Positions 1 to 7,985 of a DNA stretch of 48,867 nucleotides are shown piece after piece (positions within the stretch are counted from its first letter, which is position 1; every line of letters starts with the position of its first letter). The stretch comes from an uncultured Bacteroides sp. (GTDB taxonomy: Bacteria > Bacteroidota > Bacteroidia > Bacteroidales > Muribaculaceae), in assembly GCA_964531905.1 (NCBI GenBank), contig CAZHHF010000001.1:1-48867 (forward strand), in the 5' to 3' direction. The notes below the pieces were generated by a model. The model was not told where the DNA came from and ran no database searches. It saw only the letters and a program-made list of their open reading frames with translations. A program made the translations under genes and the position numbers.

Positions 1-711
1 AGTGTAGCTTTCAAGACCGATACCGAATACTTTAGACTCTACGCAGTCTTTCATCCAGTCATATTTATGTTCGAAGATCTGGTCAAGAGAATCCTTGAGA
101 AGTTCGCGGTAGAGATAGCGGTTTACGGTTATATCTTTGCTTCCGTCGTGTACCCATGTGTTCATGATACATGGATCATTCTGAGCTTCACCGATGGCCT
201 GAGCGATAGCACGGCAACGGCGAGAGTGTTCGATCCAGAAGTCACGGATGGCTTTATCGGGGTTGGCGAGCGAGAGGTCACCGCTTTTGGGGTGAGAGAA
301 TGAAGTTGAGTTGAAGTCGAGGAGGATGCCGTTGGCTTTACCCCAGTCGATCCAGCTTTGGAAGTGGGTTACGTCGCACTGGTCGCGGTCAACGTATTTG
401 CCACCGAAGTCACCGTAGATTTCGTGGAGGTTGAGACGGTGTTTTCCGGGGATAAGGCTCATTGCGTAGAGAATATAATCGGGGAGTTCGTTGATGTCAC
501 GTGCTTTGCCGGGATAATTTCCGTTAACCTGAATACCGCCGGTGAGTGATCCGCCCTGGTTTTCAAATCCTGCAACGTCGTCGGCCTGCCAGCAGTGCAT
601 GCTGAGATGGAAGTTCTGCATTTGTTCCAGCACTTTCTCAGTATCGACACCGAGAGCGGCATAGCGTTCGCGTGCTATTTCGTAAGCTTTGTTGATTTGT
701 TGTTCGTTCAT
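1..711 (-). CDS. rhaA: L-rhamnose isomerase, N-terminal 237 codons; the 3' end runs off the left window edge
   Basis: Absent from the ORF track because there is no stop inside the window. The reverse frame is open from ATG (709-711) down to position 1. My translation starts MNEQQINKAYEIARERYAALGVDTEKVLEQMQNFHLSMHCWQADDVAGFENQGGSLTGGIQVNGNYPGKAR and ends DCVESKVFGIGLESYT. It is collinear with enterobacterial RhaA blocks (SMHCWQGDDVSGFEN, GSLTGGIQ, GNYPGKAR, ESKLFGIG.ESYT). It starts 20 nt downstream of the rhaB stop. Confidence 0.85.
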   Translation of the reverse strand, partial: MNEQQINKAYEIARERYAALGVDTEKVLEQMQNFHLSMHCWQADDVAGFENQGGSLTGGIQVNGNYPGKARDINELPDYILYAMSLIPGKHRLNLHEIYGDFGGKYVDRDQCDVTHFQSWIDWGKANGILLDFNSTSFSHPKSGDLSLANPDKAIRDFWIEHSRRCRAIAQAIGEAQNDPCIMNTWVHDGSKDITVNRYLYRELLKDSLDQIFEHKYDWMKDCVESKVFGIGLESYT

Positions 712-731
712 TGTTGTAGGTGTTAGTTAGT

Positions 732-2198
732 TTATTTAATGGTTTCTTCAAATTTCTTGTGGGCTGCTTCCCATTTTTCGGTATCGGTGGGGAGGAATGT
801 CTCGCTGTCGATGTTGCGGGCGATGATCGAGCGCATCTCGTTCAGCGATGAAACGAGTCCGCACGCTTTGGCTTGAAGCATGATATTACCGATGGCAGTC
901 GCTTCGGCCGGTCCGGCTACAACAGGAATACCGAGCGCATTTGCTGTGAGCTGATTGAGGAAGCGGTTGCGTGATCCGCCGCCGATAACGTGGAGACGTT
1001 CGATGGGATATTGTGATATCGAGCGGAATATGTCGAGGACCGAACGATAGGTCAGTGCGAGGCTTTCGAAAATAACGCGGATGAATTCACCGTGGGTCGA
1101 AGGTGCTTTCTGACCAGTGCGGTTGCAATATTCAACGATTGCTGCAGGCATATTGGCAGGGCAAACGAATGAAGGATCATCGGGGTTGATGAATGCCATG
1201 AATTCGGGTGCGGCTTCGGCAAGAGCGACCATTTCGGGATAGGTGTAGCTGGTTCCTTCTTTTTTCCATGCCTGAAGGCATTGTTCTACTATCCACATTC
1301 CGGTGATGTTCTTGAGAACGCGGACTGTTGATTCGATTCCACCCTCGTTGGTAATGTTATGAGCGCGTGTAACGTCGTTGATTACCGGCACGGGTGACTC
1401 GATTCCCATGAGCGACCATGTTCCGCTTGAAAGGTATGCGAAGTTAGTGTCTTTGGCCGGGACGGCGGCTACTGCCGATGCAGTATCGTGGCCGGCAACG
1501 GCAACTACCGGGATTGAGGGTAATCCGGTTTCCTCGGCTATCGACTGACGCAAGTTACCGATCACTGTGGCCGGATTAGTAAGCGGTCCGAATTTATCGG
1601 CGCTGATTCCAACGATTTCGAGCAGTTCAGTGTCGAGTTCTCTCTTTTCAGGATTCAGGATTGCTCCGGTAGATGCGATGGTGTATTCAGTAACGAGATT
1701 GCCGGTGAGCAGGTAAGCGAGTGCGTCGGGCATGAACGCGATTTTATCGGCAGCTGTCATGGCAAATGTGTTCTTGAGTTCGTTGAACTGGAACACAGTG
1801 TTGAAATACATGTGCTGGATTCCGGTACGGTCGTAAAGCTTGTCGGCAGTCATTACCGATTCGAAGAATCGTTCGGGCGCCCCGCTATACTGTGGATCGC
1901 GATAGGCATGCGGCAGGCCGATGATCGATCCGTCGGCAGCTATACATGCGAAGTCTACACCCCATGTGTCGATACCGATCGATTCCGGTACGATTCCTTT
2001 TCTTGCCACAAGTGCAAGACCTTCCTTGATGTTTTCGAGCAGTGAGAATATGTTCCAATACATGTGTCCGTCATGGGGCATCATGTGGTTGGGGAAACGG
2101 TTGATTTCTTCTGTTGATAGATGGCCGTCGCTATTAATTGACGCGAGGATAGTTCGACCGCTTGTCGCTCCGAGGTCTATTGCGATGAAATGTGGCAT
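732..2198 (-). CDS. rhaB: Rhamnulokinase (FGGY carbohydrate kinase family)
   Basis: 488-aa ORF with ATG start. RhaB-like blocks: IDLGATSGR, GIDTWGVDF, AYRD, YLSSGTWSLMG, NITNEGG, RVLKNITGMW, HVIGGGS. It lies immediately upstream of rhaA on the same strand. Confidence 0.85.
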   Translation of the reverse strand: MPHFIAIDLGATSGRTILASINSDGHLSTEEINRFPNHMMPHDGHMYWNIFSLLENIKEGLALVARKGIVPESIGIDTWGVDFACIAADGSIIGLPHAYRDPQYSGAPERFFESVMTADKLYDRTGIQHMYFNTVFQFNELKNTFAMTAADKIAFMPDALAYLLTGNLVTEYTIASTGAILNPEKRELDTELLEIVGISADKFGPLTNPATVIGNLRQSIAEETGLPSIPVVAVAGHDTASAVAAVPAKDTNFAYLSSGTWSLMGIESPVPVINDVTRAHNITNEGGIESTVRVLKNITGMWIVEQCLQAWKKEGTSYTYPEMVALAEAAPEFMAFINPDDPSFVCPANMPAAIVEYCNRTGQKAPSTHGEFIRVIFESLALTYRSVLDIFRSISQYPIERLHVIGGGSRNRFLNQLTANALGIPVVAGPAEATAIGNIMLQAKACGLVSSLNEMRSIIARNIDSETFLPTDTEKWEAAHKKFEETIK

Positions 2199-2240
2199 TG
2201 ATTTATAGTATAAAAAGGGTTAAATAGAACGTTTGTTTCG

Positions 2241-2248
2241 CAAAGTTA
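2241..2248 (-). promoter_or_regulatory. Candidate Bacteroides-type -7 promoter box (TAACTTTG on the minus strand) for rhaB-rhaA
   Basis: Plus-strand CAAAGTTA is the reverse complement of TAACTTTG, which matches the TAnnTTTG consensus. It lies about 45 nt upstream of the rhaB ATG and downstream of the terminator hairpin at 2341-2378. Confidence 0.3.
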
Positions 2249-2332
2249 ACTAAAAAAGATCATTTGATTCTGTCTGAAATGTATAATTTTTTGTCACTGT
2301 CGTATCAAATATGTCTTTTTCATCGGGTTCCT

Positions 2333-2378
2333 ATAAAAAACCGCCGTACATTCCGGATTAATCGGAGTTGTACGGCGG
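2333..2378 (-). terminator. Rho-independent terminator ending the long Sus-like operon
   Basis: Perfect 10-bp inverted repeat CCGCCGTACA (2341-2350) / TGTACGGCGG (2369-2378). On the minus strand it is followed by a T6 run (plus-strand AAAAAA at 2335-2340). It sits 40 nt after the stop of the 2418-3401 gene. Confidence 0.7.
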
Positions 2379-2417
2379 CTTGATGTTTATGGTCGGAAAC
2401 TGTTACCTGTTCCTGTA

Positions 2418-3401
2418 TTAGAGAACAACTTTAGAAACTTCGCTGCCCTGACGACGGATGTAGAGACCGTTTGCGGGGTTTTCAACGCGGATACCCTGAA
2501 GGTTGAAGTATTCAACGGGAGCGTTGTTGTCACCGGCGATAACTTCTTCAACACCTGCGAGAACTACAGGTTCCCATCCCGGATGGAGAGTCATGAGACC
2601 GCTGAATTCGATAACATCGCCGGGCATAACGTTGCTAACGGCTACGTCAACGAATTTAGCGCAGTATCCATCAGGCCATTTTGCGTTGTGGGTTTCGTTA
2701 AGTTCGATACAAGCGAGGCTGTTATATGGTGCGCCTGAAGTGATTTCAACATATTCGTTAGCAGGAACATTGTCGAAATCGAAAGCTGCTGTACGCATAA
2801 CGTCACCTAATTCATAGTAACCTCCGGCATTTTTAGCATTGATATTCGGAGTTGAAATATAGCCTTTTACAACGGCACCAGCGGGAGCTTTGATACCGAT
2901 TCTCATACCGGTGCAGTCTTTAAGATATGCACGGTCACCGGTGTAGCTGAGTTCGTTATCGGCATCGTTGATACGATTGGGAGCACCCGGGAGTACGAGG
3001 TGGAAGAGCATGGTTCCGGGAGCGGTGATGTCGGCTACGTCGGGATACTGAGTCTGCGCGGGGATTGTTACAACAACTTTATCGCCAACCATAGTTCCTG
3101 CAACAACAGCACCGTGTAATTTTTCTGCATTTGCTTCGATTTTTGCCTGACGGGGAATAAGGTCGGTCTTGTTACCTTCATAGATCGAGCTTGAAACCAT
3201 TGAGCCGTCGGAATTGATCATCGGCATGGCGAAGTTGGTGTCGAACCAGAGTGTGAGAGCATCAATTGAGGTATTGTTCTCGATTGATGCGTCGATAGCA
3301 TCCTGTGACGGTTTGAAGAAGTAACCGTGGTGAGCCTGTGCGGATGCTCCGAGAGCGACAGCCGCACATGAAACTGAAAGGAGTAAATGTTTAAGATTCA
3401 T
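2418..3401 (-). CDS. Secreted protein of unknown function with a T9SS (Por) C-terminal sorting domain
   Basis: 327 aa. N-terminal signal peptide MNLKHLLLSVSCAAVALGASAQA. The C-terminus VEYFNLQGIRVENPANGLYIRRQGSEVSKVVL fits the type-A T9SS CTD pattern (Y.L.G.RV, then G.YI, then K.V.). I recognise no catalytic motif. Confidence 0.6.
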   Translation of the reverse strand: MNLKHLLLSVSCAAVALGASAQAHHGYFFKPSQDAIDASIENNTSIDALTLWFDTNFAMPMINSDGSMVSSSIYEGNKTDLIPRQAKIEANAEKLHGAVVAGTMVGDKVVVTIPAQTQYPDVADITAPGTMLFHLVLPGAPNRINDADNELSYTGDRAYLKDCTGMRIGIKAPAGAVVKGYISTPNINAKNAGGYYELGDVMRTAAFDFDNVPANEYVEITSGAPYNSLACIELNETHNAKWPDGYCAKFVDVAVSNVMPGDVIEFSGLMTLHPGWEPVVLAGVEEVIAGDNNAPVEYFNLQGIRVENPANGLYIRRQGSEVSKVVL

Positions 3402-3446
3402 GATGATTTTTGATTAAATTGTTAATAATTGGAATATTATGGTTTA

Positions 3447-5612
3447 TTATCTCATGTCGAGCGTAAATTTTTTCGGTCGTGTCATTTCTTCGGTATATAC
3501 GTTTCCGTAGGGGTCGGTAACCTCGATGAAGAGTGTCGATGTTTTTGAGGAGGCCTGCACTGTGAAGAAGTGTGATGTTTTGCTCGGTAGACGGCCCGAA
3601 GTGATGTTTTCGGCCCTATCCTTGTTTTCTCCGTTGTTCAGACACTGGCAAGCATTGGATGCAATATGGAGCGGGTCAAATGCGTTGATGCGTGTAACCT
3701 TCAGCTCTTTGCCCTCCTCGGTGACTTTTATTTTCCAGCGGTTGTCGAATGCGAACACGTTGATGAACACCTTATTGTCGGTACGAGCTTTAGGAGTTGT
3801 GGCTCCATCGGCATAGACTCCTCCCCATTCTTCCATGCAACCGGGTACTTTGGATTCGAAAAGATCATAAGCTTTTTTGTTGCTGCGGGTTGAGTTGGGG
3901 AAGAATACTGATTTACGGATGAAGGTTTCGTTACCGTCGTAGGTACGGAACTGGTAGTTGCGGTCATAACCCATTGATTTGTAGTAATTGGTGTAGGTAG
4001 TGCCATTTACTTCCATTACGAAATATCCACCAACTGAGCCGTCGGCGCAAATATGGTTCTTGGCCATGTGATCCTGTCCGGTGTACCAAAGTGAACCGTT
4101 TACGGCGCCGATATTGTATTCGCGTATCGGTTTCAATTCGGTGCTTGAGTTGGTGTGGGCGTGACCGGTGAGGATGGTGACGTTACTGTAGGTGTTGAGA
4201 CACGGTTTCAGATCGCCGTAGTTTTCAAGACTGTAACCGACCGATGTTACTTGTGAAGATCCGGAAAGTATCGCTTTCTTGAAATAGCGGCAGTGCATAC
4301 ACACGACAAGCGGTGTGGTTTTCGGCACCATAGCGAGGTCTTTTTTCAGCCATTCGATCTGATTGTCGGTGATTCTTTCATCGTATGACCGGTCGCCGAG
4401 TGTACCTATCGAGGCACCTTCGTTACGGTAAACGATATTGTCGAGAACAACATAGTGGATATTGCCTATGTTGAATGAATAGTAGCTCGGTCCGATTTCG
4501 TTACGCCATGTGTTCTCGGCAATGAAGTCACCGGGATAGTACGGGTCGTTGTCATGGTTACCCATGCAGTGGAAAAGTGGAGCGTCGATCATTTCGAAGT
4601 AAGGCTTGGCTGCTCCGAGCGCAAGGTTATAATCATACCAATAAAGATCGTGGGTTTCATCTCCAAGACTGATACAATATACATCTTTGCCTTGTGCCTT
4701 GTAGCCTGCTATGGTTGCGTTCACGTCGGGGATGAAACGCTCGGTGAACTGGCGTGGCGTGTCGCGGATGTTGGCGACATGCATGTCGGCGAGTCCGATA
4801 ACCACGTAGTCGGTATTGTCGTTCTTGAACAGTTCAAAGTTGTGCTGTTCGATTACCGATGCATCTGAGATGGAGAACCGTGAATAAAATTTCGGGAAGT
4901 TCTTGTCGTTCTTAACATTATAGCCTCCGGGAACCGAAACGAACACATAGCTTCGGGTCTTGTCGCTGTTAAGATAGTAGCGTCCATAGGCATCGGTTGT
5001 GGCAACGTTTGTGCCGTCACTGACAACCACACCTTCAACCGGTGTGTCACCGCAATATACAACTCCTTTCACGTTATATCCGTCCTTATCGGGAATATCA
5101 AGGCTGATTCCGCTAATGGTCACGTCAACTTTGACGGGTTCGCTAAGATCGGTGCTGACTTCGCCTTTAGAAGCGCTTACGCGGTAGTGGCATGTGCCTT
5201 TGGATGGTGCTGTATCGAGATATTCGTTTTCGTTTACCGCAGATGCGATACGTGAGTAGATCCGACCGTCGGCTGAACGGTAAACATCGTAAACATTACC
5301 GGCTACAGCATCCCATTTAAGTGAGACGCCGTTCTGCACAGATTCAGCACGGAGATTGGCCGGACCATCGTCAAGATCAATGACATCCATATAGTCAATC
5401 TCTCCGATGTTGTAAGAATAGGCCGGAATACCTAAACTATAGAAGTTCACTGCTTTTACCGAGCCATTATCTTCCACTTTGGTGCAGTCAATTGTGGCCG
5501 CGTCAAACGAGTTGACGATTTCTCCGCTTTTGAAGATCTGAAGTGCTGTTCTGGCTGTCGCTCCGCTGATCGCAAAGGCAGTAAGGATTGATATGATCAG
5601 GAATCTTTTCAT
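3447..5612 (-). CDS. Secreted calcineurin-like metallophosphoesterase with an extra N-terminal FN3-like module and a CarboxypepD_reg-like domain
   Basis: 721 aa with signal peptide MKRFLIISILTAFAISGATA. FN3-like stretch NLRAESVQNGVSLKWDAVAGNVYDVYRSADG. Regulatory-like domain VKGVVYCGDTPVEGVVVSDGTNVATTDAYGRYYL. Metallophosphatase motifs GLADMHV, SLGDETHD, MGNHDND, LTGHAHTN. It is a paralog of the 6140-7960 gene. Confidence 0.8.
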   Translation of the reverse strand: MKRFLIISILTAFAISGATARTALQIFKSGEIVNSFDAATIDCTKVEDNGSVKAVNFYSLGIPAYSYNIGEIDYMDVIDLDDGPANLRAESVQNGVSLKWDAVAGNVYDVYRSADGRIYSRIASAVNENEYLDTAPSKGTCHYRVSASKGEVSTDLSEPVKVDVTISGISLDIPDKDGYNVKGVVYCGDTPVEGVVVSDGTNVATTDAYGRYYLNSDKTRSYVFVSVPGGYNVKNDKNFPKFYSRFSISDASVIEQHNFELFKNDNTDYVVIGLADMHVANIRDTPRQFTERFIPDVNATIAGYKAQGKDVYCISLGDETHDLYWYDYNLALGAAKPYFEMIDAPLFHCMGNHDNDPYYPGDFIAENTWRNEIGPSYYSFNIGNIHYVVLDNIVYRNEGASIGTLGDRSYDERITDNQIEWLKKDLAMVPKTTPLVVCMHCRYFKKAILSGSSQVTSVGYSLENYGDLKPCLNTYSNVTILTGHAHTNSSTELKPIREYNIGAVNGSLWYTGQDHMAKNHICADGSVGGYFVMEVNGTTYTNYYKSMGYDRNYQFRTYDGNETFIRKSVFFPNSTRSNKKAYDLFESKVPGCMEEWGGVYADGATTPKARTDNKVFINVFAFDNRWKIKVTEEGKELKVTRINAFDPLHIASNACQCLNNGENKDRAENITSGRLPSKTSHFFTVQASSKTSTLFIEVTDPYGNVYTEEMTRPKKFTLDMR

Positions 5613-5632
5613 GATTGGTATACCTTTGTTGT

Positions 5633-6121
5633 TTAACGGACTATGAATTTAACAGTGTGGCGGTCGTTGCTGTCGGTCGTTGTGGCGAAGTATATTCCTT
5701 CAGGGAGTCCATTTATTGTCAGAATACCATCAGGATCAAATCTTTTTGAAATGATCTGTGATCCTTTAGCATCGTAGACTGTACAAATGAACGCTTCGGG
5801 ATTTGCTGCACTCAGTTTTAGGCTGCCATTAATATATTTCAGCACCGGCCTATCATCGCTAACGGCTGTTATCGAACTCTGGAGCTGAGTAACGCGGATG
5901 ACGTTATAGGTTGAATATGCCCATGTGACAGGTTGTATATCCGTATTGGTGCGAGAACCTACTGACATGTAGTTAGTATTGAAATATACTCTGTTGCGAG
6001 TTGACAGAGGGTATTCCACTGCTTCGCCGTTCCCTTCGAGACGTATCGAAGGTTCCGTGGCCTTGATATCGGCTACGGTAGCTAAAGCTATTAGTGATGC
6101 CAGTACTATTGATTTATACAT
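5633..6121 (-). CDS. Small secreted protein consisting of little more than a signal peptide and a T9SS C-terminal sorting domain
   Basis: 162 aa with signal peptide MYKSIVLASLIALATVADIKA. C-terminal FICTVYDAKGSQIISKRFDPDGILTINGLPEGIYFATTTDSNDRHTVKFIVR fits the T9SS CTD pattern. The gene is tightly packed, with 18-20 nt gaps to the two metallophosphoesterase paralogs on either side. Confidence 0.55.
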   Translation of the reverse strand: MYKSIVLASLIALATVADIKATEPSIRLEGNGEAVEYPLSTRNRVYFNTNYMSVGSRTNTDIQPVTWAYSTYNVIRVTQLQSSITAVSDDRPVLKYINGSLKLSAANPEAFICTVYDAKGSQIISKRFDPDGILTINGLPEGIYFATTTDSNDRHTVKFIVR

Positions 6122-6139
6122 GAGTTAACTGAGTGAGTA

Positions 6140-7960
6140 TTATTTCATACTTGTGGAGAATTCTTTCGGACGGGTCATTTCTTCGGTGTAGACAACGTTA
6201 TCGGCATCGGTTACCTTGATGGTAAGCTTAGATGTGGCTGATGACGCCTGCACACGGAAGAAGTGTGCGGTAAGGCTCGGCAAACGACCTGAAGTTATGC
6301 TTTCTTCCTTGCTTGCGTCGGCGCCGTTGTCGAGGCATTTGCAAGCCAATGAAATGATATGCAGCGGGTCATAGGCGTTCATACGGATAACATCGAGTTT
6401 TTTACCGTTTTCGGTAACTTCGATTTTCCAACGATCGTCCCATCCGAATACGTTTATGAATACCATATTATCGGTACGTGCTTTGGGAGTCGTAGCTCCA
6501 TCGGCATAAACTCCGCCCCATTCTTCCATACAGCCGTAGTTTCCGTTGCTGGGATCATTAGCCTTTTCGTTGAAGAGGTCGTAAACCTTTTTGTTGCTAT
6601 ATGACGATGCCGCATTAGGGAAATGTTTGGTCTTTCTGATGAAGGTCGTGTTACCGTCATAAGTTCGGAACTGATAGTTCTTATCGTATCCCATGCTCTT
6701 GTAGTAGTGGGTGTAGTTATTACCCTGTATATCCATCACGAAGTATCCTCCTACCGATCCGTCGCCACAGATATGATTCTTGGCCATGTGATCCTGACCG
6801 GTGTACCATAGTGAACCGTTAACGGCTCCGATATTATATTCGCGTATGTTTCCTTCGCCGGTGCTTGAGTTAGTGTGGGCATGGCCTGAAAGGATTGTTA
6901 CATTACTGAATCCGGACACACAATTCTTTAGATCTTTATAATTTTCAAGAGTGTAGCGTATTCTCGGTTTCTGGGGATCGGGATCTTTGTCGTAAAGTTT
7001 GGCCTTGTTGAAATATGACGCGTGCATGGCAATGACGAGGGGTGCGGTTTTATCAACAGCCGCGAGATCTTTTTTGAGCCATTCGAGCTGTTCGGACGTT
7101 ACTTTGAGATCATATTCGCGGTCACCGATCTTGCCTTGTGTTCCACCATTGTTTATGTAGACGATATTGTCAAGGACAACATAGTGGAACTTACCGATAT
7201 TGAATGAGTAGTAGCTCGGTCCCATTTCTTTGCGCCATGTGTTTTCGGCAAGGAAATCATCGGGACAGTACGGGTCATTGTCATGATTACCCATACATTG
7301 AAAAAGAGGAGCGTTTATTTTTTCAATATAAGGTTTGATGGCTCCAAGTGCGAGGTTATAGTTGTACCAATACAGATCGTGGCTTTCGTCACCGAGACTG
7401 AGACAGTAAACATCTTTGCCCTGCGCTTTGTATTCGGCGATGGTAGCATTTACGTCGGGGATGAATCTTTCGGTGAACTGTTTTGGGGTGTTGCGTATGT
7501 TGGCCACATGCATATCGGCGAGTCCGAGAATAACGTAATTATCCTTATCGGTTTTCGTCAGTTCGAAATTGTGCTGCTCGGTTACCGATTCGTCGGCTGT
7601 GCTGAACTTGGAAAAGAACTGCGGATAGATTTTATCGGTTTTGACTTTGTAGCCCGAGGGAATTGAAACGAAAACGTATTCACGCTTTTTATTACTGTTG
7701 AGATAGTAGCGTCCGTTAACATCAGTTTTCACTACTGATGTGCCATCGCTGACAACGGCGCCCTCAACAGGCTCGTTTCCGCAGTAAACGACTCCTTTCA
7801 CGTTATTCCCGGCTTTATCGGGAATATCGAGGATAAGTTTATCTCCCGGTTCTTCTACTGGAGGAGTCGTCGGGACATCGGGAATATCTTTTTTTGAGTC
7901 ACCGCAGGCGTTTAGTATAAGAGCGGCGGCAAAAGGTATGAAAAGTTTCTGTAGATTCAT
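6140..7960 (-). CDS. Calcineurin-like metallophosphoesterase, probable lipoprotein
   Basis: 606 aa. N-terminus MNLQKLFIPFAAALILNACGD is a lipobox-like signal ending in Cys. Motifs: VKGVVYCGNEPVEGAVVSDGTSVVKTDVNGRYYL, GLADMHV, SLGDESHD, MGNHDND, LSGHAHTN. Long identical runs are shared with the 3447-5612 protein. Confidence 0.8.
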   Translation of the reverse strand: MNLQKLFIPFAAALILNACGDSKKDIPDVPTTPPVEEPGDKLILDIPDKAGNNVKGVVYCGNEPVEGAVVSDGTSVVKTDVNGRYYLNSNKKREYVFVSIPSGYKVKTDKIYPQFFSKFSTADESVTEQHNFELTKTDKDNYVILGLADMHVANIRNTPKQFTERFIPDVNATIAEYKAQGKDVYCLSLGDESHDLYWYNYNLALGAIKPYIEKINAPLFQCMGNHDNDPYCPDDFLAENTWRKEMGPSYYSFNIGKFHYVVLDNIVYINNGGTQGKIGDREYDLKVTSEQLEWLKKDLAAVDKTAPLVIAMHASYFNKAKLYDKDPDPQKPRIRYTLENYKDLKNCVSGFSNVTILSGHAHTNSSTGEGNIREYNIGAVNGSLWYTGQDHMAKNHICGDGSVGGYFVMDIQGNNYTHYYKSMGYDKNYQFRTYDGNTTFIRKTKHFPNAASSYSNKKVYDLFNEKANDPSNGNYGCMEEWGGVYADGATTPKARTDNMVFINVFGWDDRWKIEVTENGKKLDVIRMNAYDPLHIISLACKCLDNGADASKEESITSGRLPSLTAHFFRVQASSATSKLTIKVTDADNVVYTEEMTRPKEFSTSMK

Positions 7961-7985
7961 GATTGATTATTGATTGTCGGGCAAT

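Noticed and set aside
67-662. Small ORFs (78, 63 and 67 aa) at the left edge
   Set aside because: All overlap the strongly supported, edge-truncated rhaA reading frame on the minus strand.
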